Shown in pieces: positions 55,471-64,000 of a DNA stretch of 64,000 nt. The position numbers and the translations under genes were made by a program. The notes below the pieces were generated by a model. The model had not been told where the DNA came from. It saw only the letters and a program-made list of their open reading frames with translations, and did no database searches. The stretch's first letter is position 1; each line of letters starts with the position of its first letter. Source of the DNA: Eledone cirrhosa (taxonomy: Eukaryota); assembly GCA_964016885.1 (NCBI GenBank), contig OZ024743.1, positions 333,684,001-333,748,000 on the forward strand. The letters run 5' to 3'.

Positions 55471-55575
55471 GCATGAGAAAAAAGTCCACCCAAACCCTAT
55501 TTTGTTTTAATTTAATTTGGAACCTCCAGTTTGTCACTACGTTTACTTTTATATATTTCTATATCTTTTTTTTAG

Positions 55576-55735
55576 CTGTGGGGCTGAAGTAAACCAAAAG
55601 AATGACCGTGGTGAAACGGCCCAGGATTTGGCCAACAAGTGTGGATATGAAAACATTTCAACACGGCTAATGTCCAGTATTGGTCAAGCACATCTAGATA
55701 AGTTTTTACGTAGCAAACCATTACAAATTGATTGA
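55576..55735 (+). CDS. DZANK1: DZANK1 terminal coding exon ((R)CGAEVNQKNDRGETAQDLANKCGYENISTRLMSSIGQAHLDKFLRSKPLQID*)
   Basis: T-tract then tAG acceptor; phase 2 entry; ankyrin GAxVNxKNxxGETAxDLA; TGA at 55733-55735. Confidence 0.92.
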
Positions 55736-56430
55736 GACCTAATATATATTTATATAATTTTAATTACAACTCACAGACACAATGCTTTGTTTCAAAATAC
55801 ACCAGAATGAGAAGGATAAATATACAAGACTTTTATCCAAAAACCAATTTTCAAACTTGCAGTGGGTATCTCAGTTTTTAGAATAAGTCCACTGTGTTCT
55901 TGTGTGTTGTAATAGGCGACTAAAAGGGTTGGCATCTGGCTATAAAACATTGCTTCAAAAACAAACCGTCCAACCCATGTCAGCATGGAAGAATACAGGA
56001 AAAGAAATGACTTGAGTATGGAAAAGATTCAGTCTATTTTTACCTTCTTCAATCATTTTTCATTTTATGAAATTAGAAACAAAATGTAATTTATATGAAA
56101 CTTGGCAGTAAGTTTTATAGAGAAGAGGCAGAGTTTTGCTAATGATTAAGAGGCTGAAACATTGCCAAGATATTAAATTGACTCCAGTGCATCACTGGTA
56201 CTTTATTTTATTGACCTTCAAGGATGAAAAGTGAACTTAACCTCAGCAGAGTTTTAAATCCGAATGTAAAAGGGCCTTTGTAACTCTATACTGTGAAGCA
56301 TGTTGTCAGACGCTCTATCAATATTACTGCCAATCCATCATCTTATATAACAGAGTAAGAAATGAGGTTCTTCTCCATATCAACCAATTAGTCAGAATAT
56401 AACACCTTACCATTTTAACCATTCATGTTT

Positions 56431-56446
56431 AATAAAGTAAAATAAA
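56431..56446 (+). promoter_or_regulatory. Candidate DZANK1 polyadenylation signals (two AATAAA)
   Basis: AATAAA at 56431 and 56441, ~700 nt after the stop, followed by T/GT-rich sequence. Confidence 0.45.
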
Positions 56447-58732
56447 GCTATTTTATAAACTAACTCCAAAATCTGTGTTCAACTTTTAGTATTTCACATA
56501 GGAATTATTTATTATCCAAATTTATTCTCTATTTTGAGTAAAAAAAAAAAAAAAAAAATATATAATATTCATTTTTCCATGGGATGGACCAGTCTTCACT
56601 CATTGCGAGGTTCAGCACTTTGAGAATAGCTCTCATTACAATTGTCCAGGTCATCTACTGTATTTTCTTCCCACTAGGACTGCTCAGCACTTCAGTTATA
56701 CACCCCTCAAGTCTTCTCTTGCATACTACATTTGATTTATCTTCCATCCATGCTTCCTTCTCTTTAATTACACATCCAACATAGCAGGCTCACTTCATTT
56801 CTCTCCTATTCACTGTCCATGCAGGCATCATACAACCTGCCTTTTGTTGTCAACAGAATATTTTAGTCTTAAAATTATTTCTGTTCAGATTAAAAACTGG
56901 TCTGTCATTTCTTCAACTCTATAAATCTGTCTACAAATGCTGGAGCTTGAACTGTTAAAAGTAGCAGCCAAATTACTTTCCAATCACACTACCATTAAAA
57001 AGAAATTAAGGTTCTATTGAGTAGTCAAGTTCCAGATATATAAAGTAAATTGATCAACACAGCTGGAATGCTTTTGATCATAAGGCTACTAAATCTGGAT
57101 TGATCTATCAGCATCTTTCACATCATCCTTTATAGGGGCTTGATCAGTATGGAGTTGGGTTCAGTTCACCATTTATGTGCAGCAAATTGATAGTGGTATT
57201 GCTTCACTAAAATATCTTGTATTTGTTTCGGCTCTTTGCCTTTCAATAAAATAATATACCAATCCATGACTGGATTGATGGAATTATTTGAGCGTTAGAT
57301 GAGATGTCTTGTATCAGTTCTCTTCATATTTTAATTTTAAATTCTGCCGAGGGATAACAATCCCACCAAAGACCTGTATAGGTACCCAAGATGAACTGGC
57401 AACAGACAATCAACAAAGACCTGAAATAATGCATTAATAGATGCAACTGACCATAGTCATTGGAACACTTTGGGTGCCTCATGAGTCTCAAGATGTGGGA
57501 ACTTCTATGCCTAAGTAACTTTAATGACCAGGGCTAATCACTTAACCAGAACTAATTAAGGAAGCTGTAACAAGTGGAGTTTAGTAACTCCAATATGAAG
57601 TAATGCCTGTATCAGATAAACATCCTATCCAGGAAATTCATATAGTTCTAGTTGCTTAACTCTTAATGTCTTGTACCACACAAAACTGCATTAACATGTC
57701 ATTCTTCAAAAGTACAAAATGACCGGAAGTAAAGATATTCTGAATATTTTAATTAAACCTATTTTTAGACAATTTCTACTAAATCATAACAGGATGTTAA
57801 GTGTTAATAAATCTTTCCAATTGTAAGATTTAGGATCATTTTAAAGTTTTGCTTCACATGGAATATGTAACATTCTCAATGAGAAATATTTAGTATGAAT
57901 ACATATATTGTATCTAAGGATATCAACTGTGTCTATTACATGTTCATCCTCCACATCTGAGAAGTTTAAACCTTTTGTCACTTATTTCCAATGAAATGCA
58001 CTCAAATTATTTAATGAAGAATTGAGGAATTTACTTAAATTATTAATTATTTCATTATTGAGACAGTAACTTAACGCATGGTTCTTATATAAAATTACAT
58101 TGGAAAGTGGTTTTGTTGGCGACAACAAAAAACACCCAGTTCAACTTGTGGGTCGGTCATTTTATTGGCATGATAAAAGAACCCAGTCAACACTGTAAAT
58201 GTGGTTGGTATTAGGAAGGGCATCCAGCCATAAAAACCAAGTCAGAAACAGTTCTGTATAATACAGTCATCTGATCTGACTTATCTCACATTGGGACAAC
58301 TCATCTAAATGGACATTAAACAGTGATGACTGGAAGATTTTAATTTAAATAAGAACTCTTTAAAATGGGTGATTTTGTTTTATAGATTCAGAGCTGGTTT
58401 TGGGCAGGGTTGGTAATCATAAGGGTTAAAAGGTTCTGCCATTAACATGTATTTATACAATTGCTCAGTGTACAAATATTTTCCTTTCAGTAAAGAACTC
58501 AATTTAAATGAAACCTTTTTTACCCTTTTGATAGTAAACTGTCCCTGGTTATATGATGCAAAACCTTGGTTTAAATTGCTTATATTTATATAAAAACTTT
58601 ATGTAAGGATCTTTATTAAATTATGTTCCAAACACTATTTTACTAATGAAATTAATAATTTTATTAAATCCCTTAAAATTCGTTAATTGAAACAGAACTG
58701 CAAAAGGGTGAAGTAATGTGACCCCAGAATCT

Positions 58733-58945
58733 TTAATCTTTTAGCATTTACATTACTCTATATTTACTATTGTATTTTCATGGTAAAGGCATTACCTCAC
58801 ATAATATTGAATCTATGAGATTTTGATATTTATTTTGAGAATAATACCTTAACTTAAGCATGAGTGGCTGGTTATGGCCGGTTTGAACAGAAAGAGGTGA
58901 GAAAATTCTTGCCGGATACAGCCGGTTTAAATGCTAAAGGGTTAA
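58733..58945. mobile_element. piggyBac-type MITE copy
   Basis: TTAA|TCTTTTAGCATTTA ... TAAATGCTAAAGGG|TTAA; interior homologous to 16931-17161. Confidence 0.85.
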
Positions 58946-59611
58946 TATAGTGTTCTGGCTTGGAGGGGTGTTTTTATCAACAGTAAGATGGTGTATATCC
59001 AATTCCAATAGTCAAATTAAACTAAAGTTGTGTTTCATCAGAACATTGGTTGCTGGTCAAGTAATATACAAGGTCAAGCACAAAATAAATAAAATAAAGC
59101 AGCAATTGTTTTTAAAGCCAGGCATAAACAACAGGAAAATGATCTTTTAACCCTTTTAATATGAACCTGCCTCAGATGGCCTATACTTAAGTTTTCATAT
59201 TTAAATTAGTCTTGATCAAAATCTCATAACAAGAATGATAGTGAAATTTCAGTTGGTCAACACTAAACTACAAAGTTACTAAACTCTAAATCCCATCCAA
59301 AATACTGATTATATTGAAAATTAACTGAACACAGACAAACTTTTCACTGGGAACACACTCATAGAATGGTTTAACTTATTTCCAGATTAAAATTAAGAGT
59401 AGGCAACATTTGAAAGTTGTGTTGAAATAATTTCAGTTTGTAACTTTAGGACTATAACAAACATGTCTAATTTCATTCATTATTGATAGCTAAATAGACA
59501 GGGTCACACCAAACTGGCTTTGTTCAGAGATGTGACAGCAACAACTGTTGTGTGATAGAAAAGTTCTACTGGAAAGAAATATCAACAGAATAAGTAAACA
59601 AATCATATTAA

Positions 59612-59617
59612 TTTATT
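59612..59617 (-). promoter_or_regulatory. Candidate MDH2 polyadenylation signal
   Basis: AATAAA on -, ~730 nt past the stop, followed on - by TTTGTTT and TTCTGTTG. Confidence 0.4.
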
Positions 59618-60344
59618 CTGACCGATGTTATGTTCAGTGCAGTTTTTCAATAGAGTTATTTTTTTGTTTTGTTTTGTTGTTTTCTTTATAGTTCATTATA
59701 AGTTCCACGCTAGACAAGCACAGGGAATACTGAAGAAATATAAGGAAAGTTTACTGCTACAGCAGCACCATCTAGTTCAACTTCCTGACAGTTGTATAAA
59801 CACTGGCTGCTGAACAATGAGACATATCTAACAGTAGGATTAGTTGAGAAGGTGCTGTCAAAATGAAGGGAGAGAAGGAAGAAGGAGAGGAGGAGGAGAA
59901 AAAAAATAAACACACATACACACTCATAACCAATCTCAACTAGAACTATACCTAATCTCTGATGCTGTACAAGGAAGAGAGAAAACAAAATAGGTGTCAA
60001 AGAAGAGTTAGAAAGCTATAACACGGTTAATGTTTCTTTTTTTTTTAAAGTTATTCGTATTAATGTCACAAACTTCACTTCCCACCAGCTAATCAACCTG
60101 AATTCTTTTTTTTTTCTCTCAGTCTGTTTAATATTTCCACTTCAAATGTTTTCAGTTTCCATTTGTAACAGTTAAAACCTCCATCTAGACAAAACTGATC
60201 ACAGAGCAATGTGAGCCGAGATAAACAGGATTTGAAAGAAAGAAAAGAGACAGAGAGAAAAAGGTGTGACAAGGAAATGGCAGGTGATCTACAATGATGA
60301 TGTGATGGCTTTTTCTTGAATTTTCATAATATTTCTGTAGAAAC

Positions 60345-60479
60345 TCAAGCCTTCATTTGAGTGACAAAATCTTCACCTTTCTTTATGTTTGTCTTCAATT
60401 CTGGCATTGCAGATTTGATGAGTTCAACTTCATATTCGATCAACTTACCAATTCCAAGATTTTTCTCAACTCCATTTAC
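60345..60479 (-). CDS. MDH2: MDH2 terminal exon ([44 protein letters not shown])
   Basis: tttcAG acceptor; [10 protein letters not shown]...[12 protein letters not shown] matches the MDH2 C-terminus; TGA at 60347-60345. Confidence 0.96.
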   Translation of the reverse strand, partial: VNGVEKNLGIGKLIEYEVELIKSAMPELKTNIKKGEDFVTQMKA

Positions 60480-62283
60480 CTGAAACAAAAACAAACTGTG
60501 TTAACCCTTTTGGTACCAAACTACCTGAAACTACTCCTGGTTCTACCATACAAAGCTGATTATTTTTAAGTGTTTATATTTATCTAAAATCCTTTCATCA
60601 GAATTTTATGTAAGAACCTTTAAGTTCCAAACACCAGCTTGATAATGAGAAAATTAGTTTTATTACTATATCACTCCAAATTCTCGATTATTTTCAAAAT
60701 GATTTGAAAATTAAAAGCAGTGACTTTCATTAGAAATACGGAAATTCATAAAGATATTAAGTGTAACATCAAATCAGTTCTGTTTAATATGGCTACCATA
60801 ATAAAGATACACAACTAAAGCTAATGTTTATGTGTAACAACAAATCTAATATAATACCATTGCTCTCTGCAATGCTTCTCACACTCCCTCAACTATTACT
60901 GGCTCTCTTCACAATGCTGAGGTCACACCAACCTCTCTATGGATGCTGCCATAAGTGGTAGTGTTGGTGCTATGATAAAATGCATTCTGTACACTCTGTA
61001 AAGTGGATGGCATCAAGCTGTAGAAACCATGCCACAGGTGGAAAGACATTATGCTTTCATCCTTCTAATTCCACACAGTGCTGACTCATCCAATCCATGC
61101 CAACACCAATGCCTCCCCAGCATGACCAAGTAGAGTGAGCATGACAAAAGCACCCAGTCTACCCTGTAAGGTAGTAGCACTGTTGTCATGATGGAACCCA
61201 CTCAGTCTACCATGTAAAATGGAAGCACCATAGTCACAATACTGATCTTAATACACACTATGAAGTTGTTGGTGTTAGGAAGGGCATCCAGCCATAGAAA
61301 CCATGTTCCTAGTACACACTATAAATTTTTGGTGTTAGGAAGGATATCCAACTATAGAAACAAAGCATACCAGCAGGATTTAATTATCTGACAAGTCTGG
61401 CCTCAGCATGTGACAGCCATCTAACCAATGCAAGCATGGAAAATAAACATTAGATGGTGATGATAATGATGAAGGTGATAAATAACTACATAGAAACAAC
61501 AGAGTTGTAAATATTTACAAGACAATAGAAAGATGAGCTTAAGTTGCAGTGGACAGTGTTGTGGTAGATTACAAACGCTTAGATGTTAGATTTATTGTTG
61601 CAACAGAAATAATGTACAGCTGAAACCCGTGCAGGTCTAGCTAGCCTCCTTTGAGGACCCACCATATAGGAAGTTTCTGGGGTGTTTTAATGATAGGGGA
61701 CTCAGTCCTATCAGGAAAAGCAATATAAAATGAATCAACCTGCTCATCAACATGACACACTACATAGTAAAAGAATTGAACCCAGGATATTAAGAGCATG
61801 AGTTCAACACCTTAACCACCAAGCTACGCACCTTCATTAATAACAAGGCCAGAGATGGGATAAGTTGATTATATTGACCCCATAACTTAACTGGTACTTT
61901 GACCCCAGAAGAATGAAAGGTAAAGTTGATCTCAGGTAAGATTTGAACCCAGAATGTAGAAAGTCATAACTAAATCCTGCAAAGCATTTTGTCTACCACC
62001 GCCGTACACACCATTAACAATGGTTTCTAATTTCAGACACAAGGCCAACAATTTTTTGGAGGGAGGGAAAAGTCATTTAAAGCAACCCCAATACATTACT
62101 GGTACTTTATTTTATCTACCCCTTAAGGATGAAAAGTAAAGCGAAATTTGAACTCAGAATGCACTATATGCCGCAAAGCAGGTTGTCCGATGCTCTACCA
62201 ATTACTGCCAATCCACAGCCCTACACACCTTCATTAACAATAAAAACTCAACATAAATCGTTAATACTGCCACATTTACTTAC

Positions 62284-62436
62284 TCCAAGCAGGATGGGGG
62301 TAGCAAAATATTTCGCTTCAGTTTCATCAGATCGTACAAATGCACATTCCACCTTGCCTTCAACTCCAGAAAGAGCCTCTAAGAGGGAAAAGGCAAATCG
62401 AGCACCAGCATAGGCCATTGACAATGTGGCAGATCC
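62284..62436 (-). CDS. MDH2: MDH2 exon ([51 protein letters not shown])
   Basis: ttccAG acceptor; GGA|gtaagt donor; [14 protein letters not shown] signature; 153 nt. Confidence 0.97.
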
Positions 62437-63203
62437 CTGGAAATATACAAATAAATAAATATATAATTCACAATTACATAATAATAATAAAAAAATCAAA
62501 AAAAATCAAAACATTTTCCATCTGCTTTCCACATTGGCATGGGTTAGAGTGACATCATCATGCTTAAACACACCATTTGGTATAGTTTCCTCATGTATGG
62601 GTGTATTTCATTACAACACCAGCATTACCAATTTACAGAGTGGACTGGGTGTATTTTATCATGACACCAGCACTACTACTTTACAGGATGTAGTGGGTAC
62701 ATTTTATCATGATACCAGCACTACTAATTTACAGAGTGGCTTGGGTGTTTTTCATGACATCAGCATTACCACATTAAAGGGTATACTGGGTACATTTTTT
62801 CATGACACCAGCACTACCAATTTACAGGGTGTACTGAGTGTTTATCATGACACCAGCACTACCACTTTACAGGGTGTACTGAGTGTTTATCATGACACCA
62901 GCACTACCACTTTACAGGACTGTGCCTGCATTTATATATACACATTCACGCAGCCATAACTGTGCCTGCATTCATATACACATACACACACACACAAGCT
63001 TCTGCATTTCTCAATTTTCATTTGGAAAGATTAAGTCAACCTGAAGTTATTCTGGAAGACACTTGCCCAAAGTGTTGTACAGTGAGATTGAACTCAGAAC
63101 TATGTGGTTGCAAAGTTAACTTCTTAACCAGTAGGCTATGCCACCCTCCAACATGTCTATTGTATGTTTGTAGTTTTTAGAAGTAAAAGTAAAAGATACA
63201 TAC

Positions 63204-63275
63204 AGCCCCTGCTTTAGCTTCAACAACTTCAGTACCAGCATTCTGAATTCTGACTGTTAAGCGAACTCTTTCTTC
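63204..63275 (-). CDS. MDH2: MDH2 (mitochondrial malate dehydrogenase) exon (EERVRLTVRIQNAGTEVVEAKAGA)
   Basis: tccAG acceptor and GCT|gtatgt donor on -; RIQxAGTEVVxAKAG is the conserved MDH2-type motif; 72 nt, phase 0 to 0. Upstream exons lie beyond the window. Confidence 0.95.
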
Positions 63276-63621
63276 CTGGATAGAAATAGAAATTATTCTT
63301 CATTAGACAAAAAAAAAAAAAAAGAAGCCCCGAGTAATCATTTTATGTTTGCTTTCCATGCTGACATGGGTTGGACAGGTTTGCATAGACCAAGTTAGTA
63401 CTGTAGCAGGATTATTGATCTCTCAGATAGGCCAGATATCTGTGCCTCGCTTATGTACAGTTTCACCTTTTAAAACAAGATTATTCTACACAAAATGCCA
63501 CCATCAATAGTTTTCTAACAGATGGCAATGTAAATAGATCTGTGTTTTTTCTAAATATTTTTTTTCGTGTCTGCCACTGCACGTCTTCTTAATCTTTCTA
63601 TTTCTTCTTTAATTCTCATTC

Positions 63622-63662
63622 TATTTTCTGATGAAGGACTAGTGTTAGAAACGTTAAGACTC
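63622..63662 (+). other. Decayed minimal hammerhead-ribozyme motif of the Penelope-like element type
   Basis: CTGATGA (63628-34), aggac-tagt-gtta, GAAAC (63648-52), GTTA; palindromic AACGTT stem III; stems I and II imperfect. Confidence 0.45.
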
Positions 63663-63737
63663 TTTTCCTTCTATATCAACCGTAAACTAATAACATATTT
63701 CTTCATTGTACTGCTTTGTTATTTCTTGTTTGCCTTT

Positions 63738-63778
<41 letters not shown>

Positions 63779-64000
63779 CGTTTCTGAATTTGTTTAGCAA
63801 GATTCTTTATCTGAAAACGTGTGTTGAAACCGATATTGTTATACTTTGGGAGGGTCATGTTGCCAATAAGAAACACACGCACCAGTTGCTTTCACTCCAT
63901 TATTATAAATTTAAAAAAAAAAAAAAAAATTTTTTTTATATATTTCCGGTTAATTGGTTGATTCCACAACCAGACGGTTGTTCATATAATGTCAAAGTTC

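Noticed and set aside
56539-56558. A-run as a retrocopy poly(A) tail
   Set aside because: No target-site duplication and the DZANK1 introns are retained; a genomic homopolymer.
60320-60347. MDH stop-codon read-through to a peroxisomal targeting signal
   Set aside because: Known for cytosolic MDH1 (TGA CTAG context). Here TGA is followed by GTTTCT, and the extension (VSTEIL*) lacks an SKL-type signal.

Overview
AT-rich animal genomic DNA, most likely a coleoid cephalopod (octopus-like), inferred from SINE, LINE and microsatellite content and not provable here. Two convergent spliced genes can be rebuilt by hand from GT-AG sites with consistent intron phases. On + lies the 3' part of a DZANK1 orthologue (double zinc ribbon and ankyrin repeat protein; 10 coding exons, 15981-55735, including a probable 25-nt microexon). 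On - lie the last three exons of mitochondrial malate dehydrogenase MDH2 (63275-60345). About 60% of the window is tandem repeat inside DZANK1 introns: a 32-bp satellite (1-~15940), a 48-bp minisatellite grown out of a SINE (28617-~30215) and a 21-kb 39-bp satellite (30448-51821). The two large arrays have kb-scale higher-order duplications. The long ORFs in the supplied track are read-throughs of these repeats, not genes. The rest holds RTE- and CR1-type LINE fragments, two tRNA-derived SINE families, piggyBac-type TTAA MITEs, a clean head-to-tail array of three non-autonomous Helitrons, and a decayed Penelope-type hammerhead motif. I cannot demonstrate a new biological system. The most unusual signals are the splice-signal-rich, U1-mimicking 39-bp satellite (against the AG-free 32-bp satellite) and the Helitron concatemer.
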